Assembly (NCBI GenBank): GCA_035285865.1 | Contig: JAYKHS010000006.1 | Location: 1 to 64,000 of the forward strand | Origin: Candidatus Sericytochromatia bacterium | GTDB taxonomy: Bacteria; Cyanobacteriota; Sericytochromatia; S15B-MN24; VGJW01 | Reading direction: 5' to 3' | Length of the DNA: 64,000 nucleotides | Shown here: one piece after another, positions 48,788 through 58,010 of the stretch | Layout: every line of letters begins with the position of its first letter | Position numbering within the stretch: position 1 is the stretch's first letter | Notes under the pieces: model-generated | The model's database searches: none | The model's input: the letters and a program-made list of their open reading frames with translations, nothing else | Told to the model about the DNA's origin: nothing | Translations under genes and position numbers: made by a program

Positions 48788-50089
48788 TCAGGCGATGGCG
48801 TCGAGGACGAGGGCGTGGCCGAGCGCACCGGCCGCGCAGGCGCTGACGACAGCGTGGCGCCCGCCGCCGGCTGCCAGGCGCTGTGCGGCCATCATGACGA
48901 GGCGGGCTCCCGTGGCGCCAAAGGGATGCCCGATCGAAAGCGATCCACCCCACGCGTTCAGGCGCTCGTCCGGCACCTCGCCGAGGGCACCGTCGGCGCC
49001 CAGGCGGGTCTTGCAGAACGCGGCATCCTGCATCAGTTTCTGGATGGCCAGCACGGGCGAGGCAAAGGCCTCATGAATCTCGAAGACCTCGATGTCGGAC
49101 AGGCCGAGCTCGGCGGCACCCAGGGCTGCTGGCACGGCGAGCGCGGGGCCCATCAGCAGCTCCTCGACAGGGTCGAGGCCGACGAAGGCCGAGCTGCGGA
49201 AGGCCGCGAGGGGCTGCAGGCCAAGAGACCGGGCCGCATCCTCGCTGGTGATCAGCACCGCTGAGGCCCCGTCCGTCAGGAATGAGCTGTTGCCCGCCGT
49301 CACCGTGCCGAACTTGCGGTCAAAGACCGGCGACAACTTGCCCAGTTTCTCCATGCTGGTGTCCCCGCGGATGCCGTTGTCCGCCGCAACCGGCTCGAAA
49401 CTCGGACCCACCGGGACCGGCACGATCATCCTGGCCAGATCGCCGCGCTCGGCAGCTTGGGCGGCACGGACGTGCGAAGCCATCGCCAGGCGGTCCTGAT
49501 CTTCGCGGCTGATGCCGAGGGCCTTGGCGAGTCGTTCGGCGTTGTCGCCCATCGTGAGACCGGTCGAGAACTCGGCGATGGCCGGGGCATCCGGGATCAG
49601 GTCCCTTGCCTTGAGGCCGGCCGCAAGGTTCAGCAGGTCGGCCGGCCCCCGGGCCTTCTGGGCGGCGATCAGGCGCTTGCGGACCGGTCTGCTGTAGCGG
49701 ATGGGGACGTCCGAGAGGGTCTCGGCGCCGCCGGCAATCACGATGTCGGCGGCACCTGAGGTGATGGCCTCGATCGCGCTCATGATGGCCACATTGGAAG
49801 AGGTGCACGCCGCACTGACGGTAAATGCCGGGCAGGCCTGAGGCAGGCCGCAGGCCAGGCCGACCTCGCGGGCAAGGTTCGAGGTGCGGGGTTCGGAGAT
49901 GACCGTGCCCAGAATCATGCGATCGACGCTGGCCGGATCGATGCGGGTGCGCGTCAGCAGACCGGCCACGGCGGCACGCGCGAGGTCGTAGGCGCGCCAG
50001 TCCATGAAGGCGGTGCCCGAACGCATGAAGGGGGTCCGGGCCCCGGCCACGAGCACGGCGCGGCGGCCACGATAGCGGACAGCGGACAT
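48788..50089 (-). CDS. fadI: Acetyl-CoA C-acyltransferase (thiolase)
   Basis: RTPF, ACTSS, AGNSSFLTDGAS, HEAFA, GHPFGATG, SACAAG. Confidence 0.93.
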   Translation of the reverse strand: MSAVRYRGRRAVLVAGARTPFMRSGTAFMDWRAYDLARAAVAGLLTRTRIDPASVDRMILGTVISEPRTSNLAREVGLACGLPQACPAFTVSAACTSSNVAIMSAIEAITSGAADIVIAGGAETLSDVPIRYSRPVRKRLIAAQKARGPADLLNLAAGLKARDLIPDAPAIAEFSTGLTMGDNAERLAKALGISREDQDRLAMASHVRAAQAAERGDLARMIVPVPVGPSFEPVAADNGIRGDTSMEKLGKLSPVFDRKFGTVTAGNSSFLTDGASAVLITSEDAARSLGLQPLAAFRSSAFVGLDPVEELLMGPALAVPAALGAAELGLSDIEVFEIHEAFASPVLAIQKLMQDAAFCKTRLGADGALGEVPDERLNAWGGSLSIGHPFGATGARLVMMAAQRLAAGGGRHAVVSACAAGALGHALVLDAIA

Positions 50090-50235
50090 GGACGGGGACC
50101 TCGTGCTTGGCTGCGGACAGGTTGCGGATGTCTTGGACGGTCGTCCTAATCTGAGCGTACCACGCGAGGGCAAGCGGGAAACGACCCCCAAAGGCAACGG
50201 ACGATTCCCCGCAGAGAACCGTCCGAACGACCCAG

Positions 50236-50307
50236 AGCCGAAGATGGGATTTGAACCCACAACCTACGGTTTACGAAACCGTTGCTCTGCCGTTGAGCTA
50301 CTTCGGC
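50236..50307 (-). tRNA. tRNA-Thr(CGT), CCA not encoded
   Basis: Minus strand GCCGAAGTAGCTCAACGGCAGAGCAACGGTTTCGTAAACCGTAGGTTGTGGGTTCAAATCCCATCTTCGGCT folds into a cloverleaf; anticodon CGT. Confidence 0.96.
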
Positions 50308-50394
50308 AAGCTTGGCCGGGCTCGAGACCCGGGCGTCCACTGTGCCATGGAAATGCCTGATTGTCGATGGCCGCACAGGGGGTAGCATGGGGCC

Positions 50395-51774
50395 GTGGGC
50401 ATGGAATACAGGCTGCGCGTCCGGGCCGCGATCGCAACGGCGATCCTGGCCCTTGCGGGGTGCACGGGGCCGGCCGGTCTGCCTGACGTGATGCCCCTCG
50501 ACGGCCTCCCGCCCTCGCGGGTGCCGGACCGCTTCCTGTGGGGCGTGTCGGTGGCGGGGCACCAGATCGAGGGGGGTGAGACCCCGACTCAGTGGCGGGA
50601 TTGGGAGCGGTCCGGCAAGGTGCCGGACCGCACGCGGGCGATGGGCGACGGCTGGTGGCGCTGGCGCGAGGATTTGGCCCTTGCTGCGCGGATGGGCCTG
50701 ACGGCCTATCGCTTTGGGGTGGAGTGGGCCCGCGTCGAGCCCGCGGAGGGGGCCTGGGACGACAGGGCCATCGCGAGATATGCCGCCATCGCGCGGGAGG
50801 CGCGACGCCTCGGCATGCGCCCCGTCGTCACGTTGCTGCACTTCTCCTATCCGGCGTGGTTGGACAAGCCCGACTTTTACGGCCGGAAGGGCTGGGAGCG
50901 TCGCGATGCACCCGAGCGTTTCGCACGCTATGTGGCCCGCGTGGCCCGGGCGATTGCCCCCGAAGACCCGCTGTGGCTGACCCTGAACGAGCCGACGATG
51001 ATGGCTTACAAGGGCTATGTCGACGGCCAGTTTCCACCGGGCGAGCGGGACCCTTGGGCAGGCGTGCTGGTGCTCGGCCGCCTGTTGCAGGGCCATGTCC
51101 TCGCACGTGAGGTGATTCGGCAGGTTCATCCGGGCGCCCTCGTGGGCTTCACGCATTACCTCCTCGCGATACATCCGTTCCCTGTCCCGCCACTCGGGCT
51201 GGGAGACCTCGGCCGTCCCTTGCCTCGGATCGGCTTCGGTCCCCTCGAACCCGACATGTGGCTCATGGACTTCCTCGAGCCTCGCGCCCTGGCGGAAGTC
51301 GACTTCCTCGGCATCGATGCCTACACCTCCGTCTCGCTCGCGCAGCCGGATCCGGGGCCCTATGCCCGCTGGCCCGTGGCCCCCCACGGCCTGAAGGAGG
51401 CAGCACGCCGGGCCTGGCATCATGTCGGGCGCAAGCCGCTGCTGTTCACCGAAAATGGCATGGCGACGGACGACGGTCGCCCGCGGCGCGACGGCTGGAG
51501 TCGTTCGGCCTACATGGTGGCGCACGTGGCCATGGTCGAGGAGTTGCGGCGGTCCGGGGTGCCGGTCTGGGGCTACTGCCACTGGACGCTCTACGACAAC
51601 TGGGAGTGGGGCTCGCGCAAGCCGCGATTCGGGCTCTACGCGATGGATCCCGGCGAGGACAGGCCGGTGCGTCGTCCGACGGCTGCCGTGGCCACCTATG
51701 CCCGCATCGTGCGGGATGGCGGGGTGCGCCCGGCCCTCGTCGATCAGGTCCGGCGACTGCCTTCGGCTCCGTGA
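50395..51774 (+). CDS. Glycoside hydrolase family 1, predicted lipoprotein
   Basis: FLWGVSVAGHQIEGG, YRFGVEWARVEP, TLNEP, FTENG, DNWEWG; lipobox LAGC. Confidence 0.92.
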   Translation: MGMEYRLRVRAAIATAILALAGCTGPAGLPDVMPLDGLPPSRVPDRFLWGVSVAGHQIEGGETPTQWRDWERSGKVPDRTRAMGDGWWRWREDLALAARMGLTAYRFGVEWARVEPAEGAWDDRAIARYAAIAREARRLGMRPVVTLLHFSYPAWLDKPDFYGRKGWERRDAPERFARYVARVARAIAPEDPLWLTLNEPTMMAYKGYVDGQFPPGERDPWAGVLVLGRLLQGHVLAREVIRQVHPGALVGFTHYLLAIHPFPVPPLGLGDLGRPLPRIGFGPLEPDMWLMDFLEPRALAEVDFLGIDAYTSVSLAQPDPGPYARWPVAPHGLKEAARRAWHHVGRKPLLFTENGMATDDGRPRRDGWSRSAYMVAHVAMVEELRRSGVPVWGYCHWTLYDNWEWGSRKPRFGLYAMDPGEDRPVRRPTAAVATYARIVRDGGVRPALVDQVRRLPSAP

Positions 51775-52127
51775 GGGAACCGGACCGCCAGGAGTGTCTC
51801 GAGGGCCATGCCCGAGGCCTGGTGCCACAGCAGGGCCTCCGCTCCGGGCCCCATAAGGACTGCCACGTGGTCGGCCGTCGGACCGGCTTCCGCGGGTGGA
51901 TGGTAGAGCCAGATGCATCTGCGGGGCTGGGCCATAGGGGCCTCACCTCGAGCGTCCCCCATCGTGATCCCGAGGGTTTCGGCAACTCCCAGGGCCAGTG
52001 TATCCCACGGGGGGGGCGCCATAAGGACCCGATGTCCTGCGCGTGTCCCGAGCCACCCAAGTGCGAGCGTGGCTGCTGCCTCCGGCGTCTGGCAGCAGGG
52101 CACGGCTTCGTGGGGACGTGGCATCAT
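51744..52127 (-). CDS. Hypothetical protein
   Basis: 127-aa ORF fills the gap between GH1 and the phosphatase; protein-like composition. Confidence 0.5.
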   Translation of the reverse strand: MMPRPHEAVPCCQTPEAAATLALGWLGTRAGHRVLMAPPPWDTLALGVAETLGITMGDARGEAPMAQPRRCIWLYHPPAEAGPTADHVAVLMGPGAEALLWHQASGMALETLLAVRFPHGAEGSRRT

Positions 52128-52164
52128 GCGTCCATGTCAGGTTGTCTTGGCGAGGAGCGTCCAC

Positions 52165-52632
52165 GTGCACTATGACTGGATTACGCCTCGGTTGGCCTTG
52201 GGCGCGCGACCGGCGAGCGCCTGGGATTTGCGGGAGCTGGCGCTGGACGGCGTCACGCACGTCGTCAACATGGCAGCAGGCCTCGTGCTGGACGCCATCC
52301 TTGTCGAGGCTGCCGCCGGGGGCCTGGACCCACTGCCCCACGTGGCGGCCTTCCCGATCGGGGATGCCGAGGAGGGGGTTGGGGCACGGGGCAGGCTGTT
52401 GCGCGCGGCGATCGACCACGTCTCCGACGTGCTGGCCCGGGACGAGACGCACCGCGTCTACGTCCATTGCGTCCACGGCGTGTCTCGCTCCGCGACTGTC
52501 GTGTTGGGTTGGCTGATGCAGGCGGAGGGCCTCGGCGTGGGTGATGCCTTGGCGCACCTCAAGGCCGCACGTCCCAAGGCCTCGCCGCATCCGCTGCTGG
52601 TGGCCGAGATGCTGGATACGCTGCATCCCTGA
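52165..52632 (+). CDS. Dual-specificity protein phosphatase family
   Basis: VYVHCVHGVSRSATV (HCx5R); GAGGAG RBS before the GTG. Confidence 0.9.
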   Translation: MHYDWITPRLALGARPASAWDLRELALDGVTHVVNMAAGLVLDAILVEAAAGGLDPLPHVAAFPIGDAEEGVGARGRLLRAAIDHVSDVLARDETHRVYVHCVHGVSRSATVVLGWLMQAEGLGVGDALAHLKAARPKASPHPLLVAEMLDTLHP

Positions 52633-52652
52633 ACGTGTGGTTGCCGAAGCAA

Positions 52653-52685
52653 CGCCCCCTCCGGCAGACCTTGCCGGAGGGGGCG
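52653..52685. terminator. Bidirectional hairpin between convergent genes
   Basis: CGCCCCCTCCGGCA-GACCT-TGCCGGAGGGGGCG, 14-bp stem. Confidence 0.7.
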
Positions 52686-52705
52686 GGCTCTGATGCCTCA
52701 GGACG

Positions 52706-53815
52706 TCAGAACGAGACGCCGGCCTCGATGAACGGACCGGACTCGAATGTGACCCGGAACGAGTCCTGGAGGGTAATGGCCTTAGCCTCCAAGTCTGCCT
52801 TTACGTTGGCAGGAACCGAGCCGTTGAGGATGGAAGTCGGATCGACCGTTCCTGGGAGGCCGGCACTTAACAGGCTGCCGAAGGCCGCGCCGAAGTCGGA
52901 GCCGTAGCCCGTCAGACGGAGGCGTTGGCCGAACTTGACCTTGACGCCATAGAGCGTAAGACCGAGGGCTACTTCGGCCTCCGCGGGTACGAGCGTCGCT
53001 GCGCTGGCCGCGCCGTCGGCAACCGTCAGGGGCGCGATACCGCCCAGCAGGTCAACGCCCCCGCTGACCGGTCCCAGGCCGAGGCCCAGCCCATAGCCCA
53101 CGAGGAACTCGTTGAGCGAGACATCCTTGTCGGCGGGAACGCCGGGAAGACCCCGGTAGGTTTCACGCCGGTAGCCGGCGCGCAGGCCGAGGGCCTTGCC
53201 ATAGAACCCGGTGTAGCCTTGGCTGAGCAGGGGGCCAGGAACTGGCAGGCTGCTTGCCACCGACGAGGCTCCGAAATTGGTCGGAGCAACGCGCATGCCG
53301 GCGGCTTCGAGTCCACCCGAGAAGATCAAGAAACCGAGTTCGGCCTTGAGGGTGTTCAGGGATGCGCCGCTGGAAATCTGCGTGGCCAGCTTAGGGTCTC
53401 TGATGTTGGGGGCCGTGATCGAGGTGTTGAGGCCAGGCACGGTAAAGCTTGCGTTCTCGAAGGACGGGAATTTGTTTTCGACGTTCTGCTGGTTGCGGGT
53501 ACCCGCCATCACTTCCAGCCAGAAGAAGGGCGGCAGCTTGGGCGGCCAGCCGAGGTTCAGGCCGCCGGATGCCGGTGCCTCTTCGGCCGACTCCCTGGCG
53601 ACTTTGCCGCTCATGACGAGCCCGTCCGTTCCGGGTGCGGCGGACTTGGCAGGGGTGGCGGCAGGCGCGGCCGGGGCCGGGACGGCAACGGGGCTCTCTG
53701 CAGGTGTGCCGGAGGGAGCCGGACTGGATCGGCGAATCTGCGCCTGCGCCGGAGTCGCGATGAGGAACGAGGCTGCAAGAAGGGCAACGGTGCCAAGCGG
53801 TCGGGTCATGGTCAT
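52706..53815 (-). CDS. Hypothetical outer-membrane beta-barrel protein
   Basis: Signal peptide, Pro/Ala linker, Gly/aromatic amphipathic strands, C-terminal GPFIEAGVSF. Confidence 0.7.
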   Translation of the reverse strand: MTMTRPLGTVALLAASFLIATPAQAQIRRSSPAPSGTPAESPVAVPAPAAPAATPAKSAAPGTDGLVMSGKVARESAEEAPASGGLNLGWPPKLPPFFWLEVMAGTRNQQNVENKFPSFENASFTVPGLNTSITAPNIRDPKLATQISSGASLNTLKAELGFLIFSGGLEAAGMRVAPTNFGASSVASSLPVPGPLLSQGYTGFYGKALGLRAGYRRETYRGLPGVPADKDVSLNEFLVGYGLGLGLGPVSGGVDLLGGIAPLTVADGAASAATLVPAEAEVALGLTLYGVKVKFGQRLRLTGYGSDFGAAFGSLLSAGLPGTVDPTSILNGSVPANVKADLEAKAITLQDSFRVTFESGPFIEAGVSF

Positions 53816-53833
53816 GATGTCGGGGGAGCCTCC

Positions 53834-55288
53834 TCAGGTCTCCAAGGCATGGTCCAGCAGCAAGCTGGCTTCGCCAAGGCTCTTGCGTTTCAGGGCCGAC
53901 TCCACCTTGGCGATGTCGGAACGAAGCTTGGCAGCCTTGGTCACGGTGGGGTCCGCGAGCAGTTCGGAGGTTCGCAGCAGGTCCATCGCGGCCTTGCGCA
54001 CGGTAGCATGCTGACCGCCCTTGATGTCGTTGGCACAGGACTCGGCAAGGTCGGCCATCTGGTTGGAGCGGTTCACGATGAGGCCGTCGAAGACCTCGGC
54101 CGTGCGGGCCAGCACGCTCGCGCTGCGCAGCAGGTTCGGGTCGACTTCGCCCTTGAGCATCTTGCGCAGGGCGAGGCCGCCCTTGATCAGCTCCACGCCG
54201 CGCCCGAAGACCTGATCGCCCATGACGGCACTGCCGCAATGCACGAGGATGGCGAGAGGCACGACGAAGGGATACTGGCGAGCCTTGAGGGTCTCGACGA
54301 GTTGCAGCAACTGCTTGTCGATGAGCTTCCACTTGTCCTGGTTGCCCTGCGCCGAAACCTCCGTGCGGTCGGTGACTTCGGGAATCTCGACGCTTTCGCC
54401 GCCGGCCGCGACCACCGAACCGGCAGAGATGACCTGTTCCGTCAGGTCCGCCACGGCCGCAAAGTCCTTGGCCGCCAGCGCCTTGAGCAGCTTGCCGCCG
54501 ACCTTGCCGAGGAAGCGGGACTGCCGGTGCATTTCCTTGTCCAGGCGCATGAGGCGGACATCGAAGTCCCTGCACCACGTCTCGATGGTGTCGGTCTCAC
54601 GAGATTCAAGGGCTTCTTGCAGCTTCGGGACGATGGCGCGGACCTCCCGAGCTTCCTTGAGGATGTCGTCGCCGAGCAGGCCCACTTCGCCGACCAGACG
54701 AACAGCCAGGGGCTTCAGGGTCGCAGCGCTCCGCGTCCGGGCTGCATCGCGCAGGGCCTTCTCAAGTCCGTCCAGTGCCTCAATGCGTGCGGCTTCCGTC
54801 CGGAGCAGGCTGTCTGCCTCGGCCGTGCGGTCTTCGAGCAGCAGGCCGATGGCTGCCACGTCCCCTCGGTCGAACATAGGCTTCAGATCGTCGAAGAGCG
54901 GCTTGCGACGCTTGAGGTCCTTGGGTTCGTCCTTGCGGCGGAAAAAGCTCTCGATGCGGATGCGCATCGTCTGCGTGAGTTCGTTGGTCTTGCTCTTGGG
55001 CTCGTCACCCTGGGCCTTGCCCCACGCGCGCCCGGTCGGAGAAGCTACCGAGGCGCCCGGGCGTCGTGCCGTGAAGAAGTCCTTGGGAGGAGCCTTGGAT
55101 TCGGACATCTGTCCGGGATCCAGCTTGCCTGTTCCACGGGGTGCCAGTGGGCCCGTGCCCCGCGAGCTCGCGGGGCGGCCCTGAGCGGCCATCGAGCCCT
55201 GGCGACCCTTTCGACTCTTCTTCTTGCTCTTCCGGCCACGGCCGAACCCACCTCTGAGGAGGTCCAGCAGCTTGTCGATGAGGCCCAA
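53834..55288 (-). CDS. Hypothetical alpha-helical/coiled-coil protein with a basic disordered N-terminus
   Basis: 484-aa ORF; extended -10 TGCTAGACT upstream; co-oriented with the barrel gene. Confidence 0.75.
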   Translation of the reverse strand: MGLIDKLLDLLRGGFGRGRKSKKKSRKGRQGSMAAQGRPASSRGTGPLAPRGTGKLDPGQMSESKAPPKDFFTARRPGASVASPTGRAWGKAQGDEPKSKTNELTQTMRIRIESFFRRKDEPKDLKRRKPLFDDLKPMFDRGDVAAIGLLLEDRTAEADSLLRTEAARIEALDGLEKALRDAARTRSAATLKPLAVRLVGEVGLLGDDILKEAREVRAIVPKLQEALESRETDTIETWCRDFDVRLMRLDKEMHRQSRFLGKVGGKLLKALAAKDFAAVADLTEQVISAGSVVAAGGESVEIPEVTDRTEVSAQGNQDKWKLIDKQLLQLVETLKARQYPFVVPLAILVHCGSAVMGDQVFGRGVELIKGGLALRKMLKGEVDPNLLRSASVLARTAEVFDGLIVNRSNQMADLAESCANDIKGGQHATVRKAAMDLLRTSELLADPTVTKAAKLRSDIAKVESALKRKSLGEASLLLDHALET

Positions 55289-55380
55289 TCTTCTACCTGA
55301 CGGTCAAGGGAGCAACGAAGTCTAGCATTCCCGTAGCACGTTCGTTGTGACCGACGAACGCTCCGTCCAAGCTGTTCGGC

Positions 55381-56418
55381 TCAGCGATAGGGGATTGGCA
55401 GGGGCGGGCGATATCGCGGCCGATCCACTTTGGTGCCGTTGATATCGGGCAGGTAGGCGATCATCTCGCCCCGAGAGGTCGAGACCACGAAACCGGTCTC
55501 GAGTTGTTCGCGGTACATCGGCATGTAGTACTGCATCGGCGTGTCGGGCGTGTCGTCGAGCATCTGCAACTTGGCGTCCAGCACCAGGTTGTTGTTGATG
55601 AGCACGTTGCCGCCCCACATGAGGATGTAGTTCCGGGCGGGTTCCGGCGGCGCAGGGCGCTCGCGCCTCACACCGTCGTCGAAGCGCATCGTCACACGAC
55701 CCTGCTGGATGGTGGCTCCGGTGCAGAAGGCCTTCATTGCGGGGGGCGGAATCATGCGGTCGGGGTAGAGGATGATGTCATTGCCGTCGATCCGGACCCC
55801 CTTGTCTTCCCGGGCCTTCATCATCTCGGCGAGGTCCACGCCGAATACATCCAGCAAGCCCTTGACCGGCAGGCCGTTGGACTTGACCCGGTCCGGACGC
55901 AGGATGAGCTGGCCTTTGCCGTTCGGACGCAGCTCACCCTCGATTTCGCAGGTGGTGGTCACGCCGAACTTCTTGAGCTTTGCGGTCTGGCGCAGGCGTC
56001 CATTGGTGCAAGAGATGCGGATGTCGCTGATGGGCGAGCCGGGGAAGTTGAAGACGTACCGGTTCATCATGGCCGCCATGGCCTGCTCGGTAAGCGTGAA
56101 CTCGGCGACGTGCACTTTGACGAGGAAATCGTTGACGTTGCCCGGGACCAGCGGTTTGCCGAGATCGTAGGGGATCAGGTCCGCATCCATGGACGGCATG
56201 TCGACGACCACTTCCTCGTCGATTCTGTAGGCCACGTTCTGCATGTAGAAGCGGGTCGGTGCCCCCTTGGGCTCCTCGAAGGGCAGCCGCGTGGGCGTTG
56301 TCACGGGCACTTCCGTCCCTGAGGGCGAACCGCCACAACCGGCTAGCACCACGGTGGCCGCGGCCGCGAGGGCCTTGAGCCTGCGCAGCGTGGAGCGGGG
56401 GGCGCCGTGGGGGTGCAT
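55381..56418 (-). CDS. Hypothetical beta-rich lipoprotein (possible lipid-transfer fold)
   Basis: Lipobox LAGC; FTLTEQAMAAMMNRYVF, extended beta pattern. Confidence 0.78.
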   Translation of the reverse strand: MHPHGAPRSTLRRLKALAAAATVVLAGCGGSPSGTEVPVTTPTRLPFEEPKGAPTRFYMQNVAYRIDEEVVVDMPSMDADLIPYDLGKPLVPGNVNDFLVKVHVAEFTLTEQAMAAMMNRYVFNFPGSPISDIRISCTNGRLRQTAKLKKFGVTTTCEIEGELRPNGKGQLILRPDRVKSNGLPVKGLLDVFGVDLAEMMKAREDKGVRIDGNDIILYPDRMIPPPAMKAFCTGATIQQGRVTMRFDDGVRRERPAPPEPARNYILMWGGNVLINNNLVLDAKLQMLDDTPDTPMQYYMPMYREQLETGFVVSTSRGEMIAYLPDINGTKVDRPRYRPPLPIPYR

Positions 56419-56489
56419 GGTTCGATTATCGTCGGAGAAGTAGGCGAACTGACGTCTTGGGGTTAAATCCTGCTGGTTACCCGTTTAAA

Positions 56490-57479
56490 TCATGCCGGCA
56501 CGGCGTAGTCGTCGAGCACCGTGAACAGGCCTTCCGCGGTGCGGGTCTGATTGACGGCCTGCCTCAGTTCGGCCGATCCGGGCATGCCCTTGGTGTACCA
56601 GGCCACATGCTTGCGACATTCGGGTACGCCCTGGGCTTCGCCCTTCTCCTCGATGAGCAGCCGGCAATGTTCCCGAGCAACGCCCAGGCGGACCTCGGGC
56701 GTCGGTTCGGGGGGCATGACGCCGGTCTTAAGGTAGGTGTCGATTCGCGGGATGAGCCACGGATTGCCCTGCGCCCCCCTGCCGATCATGACCCCGGCGC
56801 AGCCCGAGGCCCGGAGGCGCTCGGCAGCGACCAGTGGGTCCCAGAGATCCCCGTTCCCCACAACAGGGATGGAGACGGCCGAGGCTACCTCAGCGATGGC
56901 CTCCCAGTCCGCGGAACCCGAATACATCTGGCTGCGGGTTCGGCCGTGCACGGTGATCATCTGGATGCCGCAGGACTCGGCGAGGCGCGCGACCTCGACG
57001 TAGTTGCGCATCTGCTCGTCCCAGCCGAGCCGCATCTTGATGGTTACGGGCACCTGCTCGCCGACGGCCTCGACCATGGCCGTCAGGATGCGCCCGAGCA
57101 GGGGCAGGTCCTTGAGCAGTCCGCTGCCATCGCAGTTCTTGGCAATCTTCGGTACGGGACATCCCAGATTCAGGTCGACGACATCCGTCCCCGCAGCGAC
57201 AAGAATGCGGGCCGCCTGACCCATCGTCTCGGGTTCGTGGCCGAAAATCTGCAGACCCAGCGGCCGCAGGCCCGGGGGAATGTCGACCTTGAGACGGCTC
57301 TTCCAGTGGACGAGGCCCACGGCGCTGAACATCTCGTGAAAGATCAACGATCGCTGGTCGAAGCGTCGCAGCAGTTTCAGGTACGGGACGTCGCATACGC
57401 CGCACATGGGCGCCAGGATGACCCGGCTGTCGAGGGTCAGTGGACCGATGCGGAAGGGTTGATCAAGTGTGGGGGCCAT
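56490..57479 (-). CDS. dusB: tRNA-dihydrouridine synthase DusB
   Basis: LAPMCG, DLNLGCP, PVTIKMRLG, VHGRT, GNGD, GVMIGRGAQGNPW. Confidence 0.95.
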   Translation of the reverse strand: MAPTLDQPFRIGPLTLDSRVILAPMCGVCDVPYLKLLRRFDQRSLIFHEMFSAVGLVHWKSRLKVDIPPGLRPLGLQIFGHEPETMGQAARILVAAGTDVVDLNLGCPVPKIAKNCDGSGLLKDLPLLGRILTAMVEAVGEQVPVTIKMRLGWDEQMRNYVEVARLAESCGIQMITVHGRTRSQMYSGSADWEAIAEVASAVSIPVVGNGDLWDPLVAAERLRASGCAGVMIGRGAQGNPWLIPRIDTYLKTGVMPPEPTPEVRLGVAREHCRLLIEEKGEAQGVPECRKHVAWYTKGMPGSAELRQAVNQTRTAEGLFTVLDDYAVPA

Positions 57480-57485
57480 ACCCCA

Positions 57486-57863
57486 TCAAGAATACCGCTC
57501 GAGGGACGCTGGGCGCAGCCCCCTGTATTGCTGGCAGAAGGCGTCGTAGATGGGAGAGAACAGTTCGAAGGTCCCTGAGCGCATCCGTGTCGGTGGCAGG
57601 GCGGAGCCCCACCCACCAAGGTGAATCACCAGATCTGGCGAGGCCATGGACAAGTCGCGCATGCCCTCGATCAGGCGCGCAGCATCCTCGCCCGAGCAGC
57701 CGTCGATGCAGCCGAGAAATCCTTCCCCGGAGTCGGCGAGCCGGATCGAGATGCGCCCTTCGCCGAAGCGGTCCAACAGGGCGGTCGTCGTCCCCGCCAT
57801 GTCACACGCATCCGCGTCGCCATCCAGCTGGAAGACGAAGGCGTGTCCACGCGGCTCGAACAT
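57486..57863 (-). CDS. Hypothetical protein
   Basis: 3' part of the long 57486-58970 ORF; ends 6 nt before dusB. Confidence 0.6.
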   Translation of the reverse strand: MFEPRGHAFVFQLDGDADACDMAGTTTALLDRFGEGRISIRLADSGEGFLGCIDGCSGEDAARLIEGMRDLSMASPDLVIHLGGWGSALPPTRMRSGTFELFSPIYDAFCQQYRGLRPASLERYS

Positions 57864-58010
57864 CAATGGCCGTGACCCCTTTCGCCCGTGGCTACGCTCT
57901 TCTGGCCCCCTTTTTCGTACCCCTGCGACCCGGTCGTGTAACCCCGCGTTTGACGGCTGCGCTTGTCCCCTGCTAGCCTTGGCCGGCCCACAGCCAAACC
58001 GAGGTTCATC

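Noticed and set aside
50236..50307. tRNA-Thr as an integration site
   Set aside because: No integrase, no duplicated tRNA 3' end seen, and no evident composition shift.
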